Program-made: the position numbers and the translations under genes
DNA from: Antedon mediterranea
Lineage: Eukaryota; Animalia; Echinodermata
Direction: 5' to 3'
DNA: 64,000 nucleotides
Assembly (NCBI RefSeq): GCF_964355755.1
Contig: NC_092676.1
Location: 25,252,871-25,316,870, forward strand
In this document: positions 23,013 through 36,671 of the stretch, piece by piece
How the letters are laid out: each line of letters starts with the position of its first letter
Numbering within the stretch: position 1 is the first letter of the stretch
The notes under the pieces: generated by a model
Seen by the model: the letters and a program-made list of their open reading frames with translations, nothing else
Database searches by the model: none
What the model was told of the DNA's origin: nothing

Positions 23013-26000
23013 ATGGCAGAAAGTGTTACTAAGTTATTAGAATGTCCAATATGTCTACAACTTTTTAACGGTTGTGACAGACTTCCAAAGCTCTTGCCCT
23101 GCCAACACACATACTGTATACTATGTCTGAAAAACATTGCGAAAAAGATGGACGATGTGGTAGAATGTCCGGAATGTCGAGTCTGGCATCAGTTAACTCA
23201 CTCCGGAGTTACCGCTTTCCCGCATAACATCACAATTATGCGGCTACTCGACGCTCATAAGATGGATAGCGCCGTGGATTCAAAGACCAGCGAACTCAGA
23301 AATAGCTTAGCTGAAAATATGCATCTTTTACGAGATAAAATGAGCCATGTGAAAGACAATACGTACTATCGTGAACAATTACGAAAGAAAAACTCAGAAA
23401 TTAAAAAACAAATTGAGAAATCTTTTGATGCAATGATCAACGAGGTTATGCAACGTAAAAGCCTCGTTTTTAAAGAACTTGAAACTGTGGAAAGTAGGAA
23501 ATTTTCGGAATTTGAAAAAGAACGCAAAAGACATCAGCGTGAAATTACCTACATATCTGAACAAATTGCCGCGATGGAAACGGCTCTTGTTTCAAGAAAT
23601 ATTGGAAACGAAGCAATGTTTAGAGAACTTTTAAAGAAAAGCGATGATTTTTTCAAACGACTTAGTGAGTTAGAGCCAAGATCTGTTTCATATTTGGCTT
23701 ATAGTGATGTTAACAAAGAAGATGTCATAGAGTGTTTATATGGCTTTGGCTGTATACAAGGTAAAGATTGTTAATTTACAATTCACATTAAGAAAGTGAT
23801 CATGTATAAATGAATATTCTACTGCAGTTACTGCAGTAACAACTTTTTTTACTGCATTATGGTTTTGTTTGCAATAAACGGTATGATTACCCTAAAATCT
23901 TGCTGAATAGTTTCAAACAGATTAAAGAGTAAACGAAATGTATACAGTACTGCAGTAACTGCAGAATATTTTCACATGGCCTCTCAATCATCCCCAGTGC
24001 TTTGAAACCAAGATAATGAACATTATAATTTTTTTCTTTAATATTTTCTCTTTATTATGTATACATACAATGTTTTTGCCCACATATTTTTGGCCTACTA
24101 ACTTTAATAGTAAATGGTACACTACATGTTTCTTAGTGTTCAGGAGATTGGAGATCACTCAAAATGTCAAGATTTTCCGCGCGATTATCGAGAGACATGG
24201 GAGGGAGGTAGCCATGTTATATCCATTATTAAAATATAAAGTCTCACTGCATTTTATTGTTATACACAATACAATAGTATGGTTTCACTTTATTATGGAA
24301 GGTATTTAGTTAATGATTATTGATTTGTATATGTTTCTGGGTGTTAACTTGCCTTTGTCTGTGTACAATAGATAACAGTCAGTGACTCACTGATTATAAA
24401 GCTACCCACCCTAATAACAAAACCCATGATATGTTGAGGAAAGTGGATTGTTCTATACTAGACACTATATAAAATACAGTTTACTATGAAAAGAAAACAA
24501 TCTCATTCATTAACGACTGTCTGTTCTATTTAACTGTATTTAATGGGAAAAAAACATTATCAAAATATTATATGCATAGTTTTTTAATTTACACTCATTA
24601 TCAATAAATGTTATCGTAGAAGTTGAAATGCTCGTCTTTTTTTTTTTTTTTTTAAATATTTAGTGTTTTCTTTTATTTTTAGAGCGACCTGACGGAGCAA
24701 TAACGCTAGCCAGACGCGACTACTGCGAGATTCCAGATAACCTGCAACACGTTTACCAGCATGCGTTATCCTCTAACGGTAATGCGGATGTCAACAACAA
24801 TTCCTCCGAAGAGGAGGAGGATGTTGATGATGACGAGGAAGATAATTGGTCAGACGATTGGGACGATCAAGACAGTCAGATTTATCAGAATGTTAATGTG
24901 AATTCAAATTCATCTAAACCGAAACCAGTGAGTTTTTTTGTTAATTTTTGTAATTGAGTTATTTTAAAAATGCTATAAACAAAATTTGAAAAATTAGATT
25001 TTGAAATGCTCCAGGCATTTTTGTTGAAAGTTTTATTTTATTGAAAGGTCATTTATTCAATATTCATAATATACGTTCAATATATATAACATGAGATTCA
25101 ATATCATTATCAATTTCGTTTGACTTTTCTTATTGTTTTTCTTATGATGGTTTCCATAATTTGTTTTCTTTTTTAAACCATTTTTAATAATACAATAATA
25201 ATAATGATAATAATGATAGTACAATTATTCTTCAACCATTACTTTTAATAATGTAATTTGTTTTGTTTTATATTATGTAATCATTTTGAAAAATATTTTT
25301 TTTTATATAAATATTCTTGTTCACCTTTTGTTTGTTTGTTAGTAACTTTGATGTTTATTTTCATGTCATGTTCTATATTTAGTTAGTTTAGGTAAAATAT
25401 ATATTTTCATTGAATACCGAACTGGCTTCCCAAATCAATGTCTTAATTAATAGGCAAATGATCTGAAAAATTCAGCAAGACTATGAAATGTGATCACTAA
25501 TAAACACCAGTATCAGATTGTACATTGTTTTGATTAGAATCTAAAATCGTGACTTTATTTACACAGACTCCTGTAAAAATGCGAGGCCAAGGAAACTTTG
25601 GATTGTCCAATCCGAAACGAGGAACACTACGCAGAACAAGCAGTGTTATGAGATCTGGATCAGTCAGAAAAATTAAAAGTTTAACCAAGTATGTGTTATT
25701 GTAGTACTAGTATTAAAAGGTTAAAACTATCGAACACTTTTACACAAAATACATTTTTGATGGTTGGTAAAATAATTACTGATTGTTCACTATTTGCTAT
25801 CACAGCCATATTCTAAATTATATAAAAAATAATTGAATTTTTCTTTTGGTTCAAGTACTAGCCAACAAATGTCAATGGAATTATTATTAGATAACACACA
25901 ATGCAAGTGTTAATTAAATGATGGCACTTTCTATTACATGATCATGTCATTAGAGATATATTGTCCTTCCATAGAACGACCTCCCACCCCCCTCGGATAA

Positions 26001-29000
26001 ACGTCTAGCTCCACCACATGCATGCTTACACAATATTTGTATATATATTTGTAGTACCCAGCAATTTTTACTGTATTTTATCAAAGAATATATATCACAA
26101 GAATGAGTATTCCGCGATTTTTGCATGAGAAATTTGTAACAGAGAGCTCCAGTGAGTGATGCCCGCCCTCATTAGGCCGGATGTATAAATACTAAATAAG
26201 ACTTGATTTAATAGATATTAATAATTATACATGTCACATTAAATAGAATTATGATAATAGTTTTTGAAATTGTAAACTATTTTATAATACATTAATTAAC
26301 AAACTAGTGTACATTCACTTTTACAAACAATTATTTACTATCATGCTAAGTTAGTTCACAAAAAAGGCCTAACACAGCAACACCAAAAATCAACGAATTG
26401 TTACTCACACGGCCTATTCTTTACCATTGCCGTGTACTACTCTACGCCCCAGTAAATTAAGTATTGTTTTTATGATATAAATTAGTATAAAATACATGTT
26501 ATTAATAGGACAAAATGTTAAATGTCATTAACATTTATTTGTTTTACCAGAAACAAGTTAAATATAGGAATATTATTAAACTATCTTTCGTGAAAACGCG
26601 TAAACACCAACACGCCCGGTCACGCTATCGAGCGCCCGGTTGATAAAGCAAACTGTTTATATGGCAGTTTTTACTAAATAAATTGCATAAAACGAACAAT
26701 TAAATATCCAAATAGTATTTAACATGATGTTGGTATGTAGTTGATAACATTTTTTATCATGAAAATACTACCGGTGGTCCAGCCTTTGATTAGTGAAACC
26801 GTCACAAAAAGTTGTATACATCCCAGATACATCCACACTTATGGCGGCGCCCTACCACATGGACAATATTACTGTAACAGGGAAAATATATATTCTTTGA
26901 TTTTATCACTTCTCGATATTAAATGTGTTGTATTTTAGCAGGTATTTATTTGATTATAGATGACATTACACTAAAAAAACCTCCCCCGAATAAACGCCTC
27001 CCTCGAATAAACCCCCGCTAACAAGCCTTGTGAACAATAACGTCCCAGGGATTTTATTTGAATAAATACGGTAATCCGAATAACTGATGTTAACTAGTCT
27101 TCCGCTCTATTTTTAAAGTAAATTTTCAGTGTTCTCAAGAACTGGAGGTGATGCTTACTTAATGGACAACGAAAACAAATCTGACAAAGTCAGTGATGCA
27201 TTCTCAGCTGTTGTTGTGGTGAGTTTAATTAATCTACTATCTCATTGATAGCTTTAGACGAGGCATGTGACAGGAAAACAGGTCATTCATTGGCTTAAAT
27301 TCTAATCCCCTTCCTTTCATGTTTGGAATTTTTAATAATGGAAATTATAAAAAGGTATATACTCAAATCCATGTTACAGTAACTGTATTTAGGATTAATT
27401 AAAAAATATATATTTTTATATAGATTTTAAATATAGTAGCTGCTGTATTGTAACTAAAAGCAATTCTTCTGTAGTACTACTGTACTATACATTATTAATT
27501 TTACTATTATAATAACTGTATTCAATAACAAATTATTTTTTAAGTTTTTTTTTTTAAAATTTAATTTTTACTATGTCTTTCTTGTTCATAATCTCGTTTT
27601 TGCATATTTTTTTTTTGGCTGATTTCAACTTCTTCAATATATTATTCTTATTTAGTTGAAACTGTAGTTTTCTCTAAAAGAATTTTTGTATATAAAAAAA
27701 TAAAATTAAAATAAAATAAATAAATAAAATATGTTGTGGTTTTTATGGTAGAAGAGTCTTGATATGGATGACCATAATTCTATTTTTTTTTTGTTTTGTT
27801 GATTTCAACTTCAATTTACTTATTATTTAGCTGAACTGGAGTTTTCTCTAAAAAAATATTTTTTTTATAACAAACTAAAATAGTGTAAAGAAAATATGTT
27901 GTGGTTTTTATGGCGGATTGGACTTAACATGGATGACTGTAATTGTAGTTTATATTTTAAAGCATTTTGCGGTGGCTTGATAGTTGGAAACTAATTTGTA
28001 AGGGTTATTTAGTTTGAAATGTCAGGAGTATTATTAAGTGGTCCTGGTGATTCACTTGTGCTGCACTTAAAAAGCAATTTATGGATTAGGTGACCTAAGA
28101 ACCAGTCAAAGTATGATAGCACATAATTTAGTAGCTAGTAGTTGGTTACACATTGGTGTCTCGTAAAATGAAATCATAGATGTTAATGATAGAATTATAC
28201 AAACAAGTCCCAGTGGAGCATATTATAGTAGTCTAGGACCCCAGAGTAGTAAAAGTTACTGACCCACTAGCAATTATGTATTATAAATTGGGAAATTTCC
28301 CTTCCCACGGTCATCCATCCTACCTACCCGCACCACTTAATAATTTAATCAACCGAATTCACATAAGGTACAGTACAGTACGTGACATGTAACTAATGAA
28401 TGGAAGCTATTACAGTAGGCCTACAGTACTAATGATTGAAAGTTAATAATTACAGTAACCCCTGTAGGAGTTGGCCATAGTGTTAAAGTATATTATTATC
28501 TCTTGTTTGTTTCACAGGCAAGTGTCCCCTTAATAGGAGTTTTTTTCTCAATAGAAGTGTCCCAAATTGATGCAAAAGCTTGGTAATAATAAGATATGCT
28601 ACAGTATATTTACAGCACTGTATTTTGTAAAGGTCACAATGTTTAGTGGATTATTTATTAACTATTTAAAAAAAAATGTATTAAAAAATTTATGAATCAA
28701 GCCCTAAGGGTATTATATTGCATGCAGTAGTTGGTGGCGTAATGACTATGAGCGCTCACTGGCTAAACCAAGAGGCCCAGAGGTTAATGAACCCCAGTGT
28801 ATGAGCAGCCCCAATGCAACCCAGCATTGGAGGGCTCCTTAGGAGTGCTAAACCAAGGGCCTTTGCCCCATGCGTTACACAACTGGTAGTAGCACTTGCA
28901 ATTATTGTATACAGTATATAATGATTTAAGCACAGTCTTTCCAGGAGCAAGCAATATAGGCCTGAACATATTTAACTGCTCTTGCTCAACCAAATACTTA

Positions 29001-32000
29001 GCCTATACTACTGTGACATTGTAAGACTGACGATTGATGTACTGTATACTGTATGATAATAATAGTATGTCATTCTTACATAGCGCTTCATCCATATAAC
29101 CTCTAAGCGCTTCACATATTACTCCAATTATTTTTTGATCAAACATGAATGGAAACACATTCCCATAGTGCAGTTGTGTTTTGCTCCTACCCATCTGTAA
29201 ACCTGGGTGGAGAGAGGCAACCTAAGTCTCTTGCCTAAGTACACAAGCAATGCGACGAGCATTGGACCATGGAGTTATCTATTTTTATACCTCCATGGTT
29301 GGACTGAATAAAACTTTTCTATTCTTTAGGAAACCTCAGAAGGTCCACAGTGGAAACAGACGGTTCGTCCTTACAGCTGTGTTGTGAAATGTCCGCGCAA
29401 AGACAGCAAGTTTCGGGGCATCAAGACTTTTATGACTTACCAAATTACAACCTTGGTTAGAAGACTTTTATTATTTTTTCAAAATATTCTAATTATTTTT
29501 TGAAGGATTTCTTTATATCTTTTCTTTGCATCCAACAGCGAGTAATTTGCCAATTACAATATGGATAAACTATTTTATAATTTATCATGCTTATAAACTA
29601 AGTCTCATTTGAGGCTTATAGGGAGTGGAGTTGAAAGAGTTCCTCATTGCTTATAGAAAAAATTGCAAAAATATGAAATAGTGTAAATAAATTGGAAAAA
29701 AAAGTCTATAAAAAAAGAAAATGTCGCAATCTGAAAAGGTTGCAATCTTAAAAGTTCACAATCTGAAAATGTCGCTATCTTAAAGGAAGTCATCATGGTA
29801 ATTGGGTTCGTTTGTAAATGAGGTATAAAATGAGATATAAATGAGGTATACAATGAGGTATCAAGCTTTGGGGATGACAGTAAGTTAAACATTACTAGGA
29901 AAAAGGGTTTTGTGGTGAACAGTAAAAAAAACAAATTTACACTGAACACTGTACTGCATCACTAATGTTTTTATGTACAGGATACTAAATATTCCTGTAT
30001 GTATATAAATTGAGAGGGTTATCTCTCGTACCATGGCAATGAATAGTGTCTTTATTAGTTCTATGTAAATTTTGTATGGTATCAAAATAAAACAATCCCA
30101 TGGGATATATGCCATCCGTATAATTGCCTGGATACAAAATATGGAAACTAAATTTTACCACTTAAGTTCCATAGTGGTCAAATCAGCATTAGGTAATTCT
30201 TATTAACACATCATAGACATCGTACACAGTATTCGGCCTATGTGCTGTGTAAATAAATGCTCTAGACTAGGAGTCTTGGGAAGAAGAAGTATTCTATTTC
30301 TATAAATGATCTCAACATTTTATTTTACTTCAAAGAAAATAGGAAACCTTGTTGGCAGTCTGCCAATTGTTTCAAGTAAAATTAACAGGTATTCAAAATG
30401 GTAGAGGAAGTTTCAAAGCTTATCATAGCTGTACATCCGTATGTGCGGATTCATGTTGCACCAGGCCTACTATAGTTTGCAAATAGTGTCATTTTATTTA
30501 CCCATTATCAAAAGAGACCCGATTTCAAGAACGTGCACTTTCAATCCTGATAAAGTACAAAAACAAATGTTATTACATTTTTTACTGAATTATATTTGGG
30601 ATCCTGTTAAAATTATTCTACTGCAGTTACTGCAGTAACTACAATTTTTGTTAATACGTATGATTTTAGTTTGTTCCAATCTAGAGGTTTGAGGCAGTAA
30701 CTGCAATAAGCAGTGTGTATAATTACCAAAAAAATGCTTACTTAATAACTGCAAACAAAGTAAATGAAATTTAGTTACTGCAGTGACTGCAGTAGAGTAA
30801 TTTGACATGGTCCCAAAATGATTGAAATCTGCCTTAGATTTATTATACATCAATTAAATTTGTATTTTGTACATCGAAAGGGATCAACTAACAAAAGGTA
30901 AAAGATGTACAAGTAATGATTGCTAAATAACTGCAAACAAAGTAATTTGACATGGTTCCATAATGATTGAAATCTTCCTTAGATTTATTATACATCAATT
31001 AAATTTGTATTTTGTACATCGAAAGGGATCAACTAACAAAAGGTAACTAAATAAATGAAAACGTCTTTCAGGATAAACTTTCAACCCCAACACCTGTGTA
31101 TTCCATGCGTGAACTATAAGGCCATGCTATGGTTCAGAGATTACCCTCAATTGTTATATAGAAATCTGAGGATTTCAAAACCCTAGTACTTAACAAATTA
31201 ATTCTCTGTGGTTGTTGAAAGGTAAATAACTAGAGGCTTTTCACACCACAAGAGAAATTGTATTGTTATAAGTATTTGATTTTGTTTGATAGAAAGGCAC
31301 ATGGTTGTGTTGTTAGTGCACATTTACTGTTAGTGTCAACATAATAAAAAAACAACAAAAACATCAACTAAAAACAAGTCTGATTACTTAAACCACTTAC
31401 AATTGTTCATTTTTGTAAATTATATTTTTTACATGTTTCTTTTTAAACAAGGAACAATGGCATATCCAGGAAGGGGTGAGGCACGGAGCCTATAATCTGA
31501 ATTGTTGAACTATTATAACCATAGCAATTTACAAATAAAATATATTGTTGTCCCCTTAAAAAAATATATATATTTTTTGTTGTTGAATATGCCATTTTAA
31601 TTTCACATAATAGTTATTCACTTTGACCAAAAACTGGATTGGGAAAAAAAAAATTTTTCTGACAAAAATGTAATTTAAATCAAAAATGTCTGTCAGAAAA
31701 TTGTTTTTGGGTAAAAAGGTTCTTTGTTTATGTCGTTTTATAAGTGAAATCATTATTTTTGTCTACAGAAATGAATAACTATTAAAACTGCAAAATGGCT
31801 TATTCAAAATCTGATTTTATATTAATCTTTATTTTTCATGTTTTTGGGGGACAATACATCTTTTATTTTATATTTTTTTATTGTTATTATTAATATTAAT
31901 AGTGTTTATACATATTTTCATATCAATGACAAATTTCTAGATCCACCAGTGAGTAAGTTATACATGGTGAAGCAAAATTTGTTTTACTTTATTTATTTTC

Positions 32001-35000
32001 TTGGTCTTCAGAATCCAGATGGTGATGTTTTGGGTGATGTTCGACGTCGCTATAAGCAGTTTTGGTGGCTGTATGAAAGACTAGCAGTTAAATATAAATT
32101 TTTATGTGTTCCACCGTTGCCAGTTCGGCAGATAGTAGGTACGTTTTCTATTTTTCTATTATATATAAAAAGTAAGTATAAACTCGCTGTACTGGTTCTG
32201 CAAACTAGTTGAGTACACTATCAAACTTGATGTAATGAAAAATGTGATGTAACCATATACGGACATGATGATGTCATATCACTACGATATTTAGGCATAT
32301 CACTATCATATTTGAGCACATCACACTTTTTTTGTCAAACTAAATACTGTGGTGTACAGAGCTTTACAATAATTTACCATGTACTGGTTTTTTTATACTT
32401 TTTTTTTAAATTATTTTTTTCAAGTAGGTCGGTACGAGAACGCATTCATTCAACAACGAATGGGCCAGTTACAACAATGGTTAGACAGAATCTGCAAACA
32501 TCCCATAATATGTGTGTCCGACGTTCTCAAACACTTTCTCTTCTGTCGAGATTTAAACGTAAGAAAAAAAACGCTGATTATTTAAGAACTAATTTTCAAT
32601 GTTATTAAACATTAAACATTATCGGCGGTAAAATAGGATGTTATTTTTAGCTGCATTTAGTCAGTTTTCATATGGTGTTCCATTATAAAGTTTATTTCTA
32701 AACTTGTTTTGATAACTATTCACACACACCAAAATGTTACTAGTAATAAGTTTACACATAGCATAATTCAAACTAACTAAATTTACCCTTATTTTTTAGT
32801 TGTGGAAAAGTGGAAAGAGGAGAGCAGAGAAGGACTACTTTGTAGGAGCTGCTTTCTTTAGTATGGTTAAATGCCCTCACGATGACCTACAGACATTTGC
32901 AGTGTAAGTATAAATAAAATAATAAGATGGCAGATAATACTGAAAAACAGGTGTAACATTATCAAACTGCTCCCATAATATGTAGCATTTACTGCACTCG
33001 CATACATAAGCATTATTACTTCAGTTGTAAACTATCTGTAGATGGTTTCCTATTCATTTTTTTACAGGGAAGAATTTCATGACAACATCAACAACTTTGC
33101 AAGAAACATGGAAGAGAGTATAAAGATGTCAGAACAAACCATGCAGGAAATGAACAAGAAATACAAAACTGGTTAGTAATGGCAATATTGTGTTCATTTA
33201 TCTTATCTTTCACCCATTTCTTCTCAAAAACTTTGCCTGCAAAAGGCTCTGTATATTTTTTAAAATCTTAAACTTAAAAGTACCATGGAGGAAATTTCCT
33301 GCATGAAAATACACACCTCTCTTGTGATGGTGGCTCATGTTGCTCTTGTACTTTCCTGGCAACTAGCTTCTAATGATAGTAAATCATCTCTGCATCAGGC
33401 TAGTTAAAAATGTCAAGAGTTTTTTTTCACATAAAGTCTGGTTTTAAGCATGCAATTGTATTAATAACTTTGGATCCTTTAGAATCTTGCAACAAAATTT
33501 GGTTTTGGAAGAGTTTCTCTTCATAAGGCTCTGTCTACACTATCAAACTAGTTTGTTGAAAAAAAGTGTGATGTGCCCAAATATGGTAGTAATATGTCAT
33601 CATCATATCCATATGGGCATATCACATTTGTGTAGAGTGTGTAGACAGAGCTTTAAGCTTCTTATTTGATTTCTTGCAGCTTTCAGGAGACAGTTCATCC
33701 ACATGGGCAAAAGTTTAGACGCATTAGCAAAGACGTTTGCATTTTATAGAGGAGAGCGTATGTATAAATTAAAGACCCCTTCCCTGCAATTTTGGACGTT
33801 TTTTGGAAAATAATACATATATATCACTTTAAAAACATTAATCCATGTCATTCCTTGTCTTAAATGTACGTTTTATGGTAAATTATGATAAAAAGTGAGA
33901 AACAATGCACTACCTAAGTAGCTCGCGGCGATCGACCTCTCGTGGACGGTCTTAGGCCTAGCCTAGCTAGGCTTAGTTTTGTAGGCCTAGCTGGTAAACA
34001 TCGGTAACGTACGAACATCGTACGCTACCTATATACCTAGCCTGACGTTGTATAGTTGCTGCATTAATTGTTTTTCTATTTTTGCCAGACTCCGTTGATA
34101 CAAATTGGGGAAAACCCGGTATTTTCGCTGAAAAGTTAGGAGTCTTCCATTTGTTTTGGCCTCACGATCGATCGAAAAGTGGGCGAATTACAGGTGAAAA
34201 ACAAAAATATCAATCCGCGCGCAATGCATTTTGGGATTTATAGCGGGCCGCTATAATTATTAGAATCGACTTATTTTTCACATTTTTAACCGTTTAAAGA
34301 CGAAAAAAGTTATCGCAATAGGACCATATAGTATTATTTTTATATTAAATATAGTTTGTGATCTTAAATTAGATCTAAAAAACGTAGGGAATGGGGCTTT
34401 AACCTTATTGTTCTTAAGCTCTGTCTACACTATCAAACTAGTTTGACAAAAAAAGGTGTGTTGTGCTCAAATATGGTAGTAATATTCTCAAATATGGTAG
34501 TAATATGACATCATCATGTCATATGGGCACATCACATAAAGTTTGAAAGAGTAGACAGAGCTTTAAAGATATTTTAATAGACATTTACTTCAACCAAGTT
34601 GTTTTTTTGTAATATTCAGGCTCACAGGAGCTGACAGCAGCCATGCGACACACCAGCCGAATGTACACCACAGTGGGACATCTGTTTGCAGCTCAGCCTA
34701 AGCTGGACATCAAGCCCTATGCAGAGTTTTTAAAGCATTACGAGGGCCTACTTATGTCACTGCCTGATATGATCAGTTTCCACAAGGTATGTTTATGCAA
34801 TCTAAAGCTCTGTCTACACTATCAAACTTTATGTGACAAATAAATGTGCCCATATATTGACATAATGATGTCATATCACTATATATCAATCTATGTTGTA
34901 CAGGACACAACTTCCAAAGATGAAGACTGTCGATTAGAAGTAAAAGATGGCAGGATTACCAGTCAGAATGCTGACCAGGTTCACAGAAGAGCTCAGGTTG

Positions 35001-35393
35001 TCACTTATGCTCTAATGGGTATGTATACAGTAAATGGTAAACATATTCCCTTAATGCAGCTAGTAATCAGCGCAAAGTTGTGTCTTGATCTAACTGGATA
35101 CCCAATATTCTTGAGTAGAGAGAGGCAAACATAAGTAAAGTATCTTGCATAGGGATACAAGCAATGCGGTGCCAGTCCAACTCTGTGCCACAGTAGTAGC
35201 AAGAACACCATATCATTATTTTTATACAATTTTTTTTAAAGCCGAAATGAATCACTTCCACAAAGTGAAGACTGAAGACTTCAAGCGATCACTGGAGATC
35301 TTCTTACAAAATCAGATTGCGTTCTTCAAACAGATACCACCAAAGTTAGAAGAGGCATTGACTGTCTACCAGTCAATTGGAACATATATGTAA
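23013..35393 (+). CDS. Predicted RING - coiled coil - LC - PX - BAR protein (SNX9/18/33-family sorting nexin with an N-terminal RING), ~772 aa
   Basis: In-phase GT-AG exons: 23013-23760, 24683-24927, 25567-25688, 27119-27218, 29330-29455, 32012-32138, 32428-32558, 32800-32903, 33068-33171, 33680-33757, 34620-34786, 34904-35018, 35242-35393 (2319 nt). SNX9-family motifs: DDDEEDNWSDDWDD, NKFSVFSRTGGDAYL, GPQW..KFRGIKTF, RRRYKQFWWLYERL..PPLP, GRYE..FI..R, WKSGKRRAEKD, AEMNHFH. The PX-BAR call is strong; the junction to the RING exon is predicted. Confidence 0.8.
23813..23972. mobile_element. MITE with ATTCTACTGCAGTTACTGCAGT termini; related copy at ~30614-30798
   Basis: Terminal inverted repeats tactgcagttactgcagt / actgcagtaactgcag in both copies. 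Confidence 0.55.
29082..29260 (-). mobile_element. MetaSINE-like SINE remnant with an L2-type tail
   Basis: + strand tacccatctgtaaacctgggtggagagaggca...tcttgcctaagtacaca resembles the reverse Meta core; tagcgctt...ctctaagcgctt tail. A similar tail fragment is at ~52105-52170. Confidence 0.55.
33526..33654. mobile_element. PIF/Harbinger (Tourist-like) MITE family, TIR AGCTCTGTCTACACTATCAAAC (representative copy)
   Basis: TAA/TTA flanks and an internal aaatatggtagtgatatg subrepeat. Other copies at about 32214-32364, 34416-34563, 34805-34882, 35821-35973, 36371-36485, 39679-39840, 46281-46435, 46728-46882, 47020-47052, 57963-58125, 59800-59860, 59948-60095. Confidence 0.8.
33773..34398. mobile_element. 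Kolobok-like non-autonomous DNA transposon
   Basis: TTAA-AGACCCCTTCCCT...AGGGAATGGGGCT-TTAA: TTAA target duplication with AG...CT termini. Fragments with similar ends lie at ~31545-31863 and ~55297. Confidence 0.7.
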
Positions 35394-36671
35394 CCTCACA
35401 ATGGGCGATTCAGAAATGCTAGGGGTGGAACAATCAAGAACCAAAAGTGCAAGTGTCTGTAGTGATTAGGCGATTTTAGTGGGAGGTGGGTAGTTTTATC
35501 TCAATTTTCTTTCTCCATTTTGTCAGTAATATGCTAAGATTTTTACCTACATTGTTTAATATGGGTGTATCAAAATTAGATTGTCTTTACAGAACTTAAA
35601 ACCATGATATTTACTTTTGGTACCTCTTCTGTTAGTTGGTAATGTTCTTTTATCTCTTAAAATGTAACGCAATTTATTGTTTCTGTTACCATAACCGTAT
35701 TGCTATTTAAATTCAAGGAGAAATGTTCAAAGAAATGTATTTAAGTATATTTATTATAATAATTACCTAATAAACACAAAGTGTTTTTAGATATGTATTC
35801 AAAACCAGACTGGAATTCTAAAGCTCTGTCTACACTATCAAAGTTGGACAAAAAAAGTGTGATGCGCCCAAATATAGTAGTGATATTCCCAAATATTATG
35901 GTGGTGATATTATCATGTCCATATGGGCACATCGCATTTTTTGTCACATAAGTTTAATAGTGTAGACAGAGCTTTAAAATAAAATATTGTTTACCTTTAT
36001 CAAATTGTATATACAGTATTATACAAATATTTACAAATAATTGTATTTGTTTTTATTTAATTTCTAAAGATTATAAAAGATATGATAATTACCCAACTAA
36101 GTTAAATTAATTACATGAAATGTACAGTATTATAATACATATTTTTTTGTCTGTGCTTAGTTTTAAATTCTTAAAGTCCTATCTATTTTTTAATATTTTA
36201 ATTGTTTGTCATGTTAGCTGAAATCGGTGCTGATGGCACTTATAAATAAGTCAGTCATAGGCCTAAAAAAAACTTAATGTAGTACTTAATGTAGTACTTA
36301 ATGTAGTACTTAATTGGCTGAAAGGTACAGATGTACCAGTAATTAATAGATTTTTTTTAATTAGAGTACTTTAAACTTTGTCAAAAAAAGTGTAATGTGC
36401 CCAAATATGGTAGTGATATGACATCATCATGTCTATAAATGGGCACATATACTAACCATAAAGTTTGATAGTATAGACAGAGCTTTAGAACCAGCTGTAC
36501 ATTGTGTTCATACTGGTCAAAAAGGATATTAGAATACTGTAACTTATATTTGGTTTGTTTTAAAAATAGATGTATTGGTATAGGCTGTTTTTACTTATGA
36601 GAAACGAATATAAATACATTTGAATTAAAGGTGCGAGATTTAAAAGGCCATGACTATGGTTGCAAAAAGCA

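Noticed and set aside
24016-24309. 97-aa ORF, or an in-frame cassette exon 24137-24207 spliced to the RING exon
   Set aside because: In that frame the exon ends in phase 0 and hits a stop (AGC GAC CTG ACG GAG CAA TAA) in the next exon; the rest is intron-like.
28725-29000. Possible second tRNA-headed SINE or short ORFs
   Set aside because: A-box-like ggtggcgtaatg is present but the B box and core are too decayed to call; the ORFs have no recognisable motifs.
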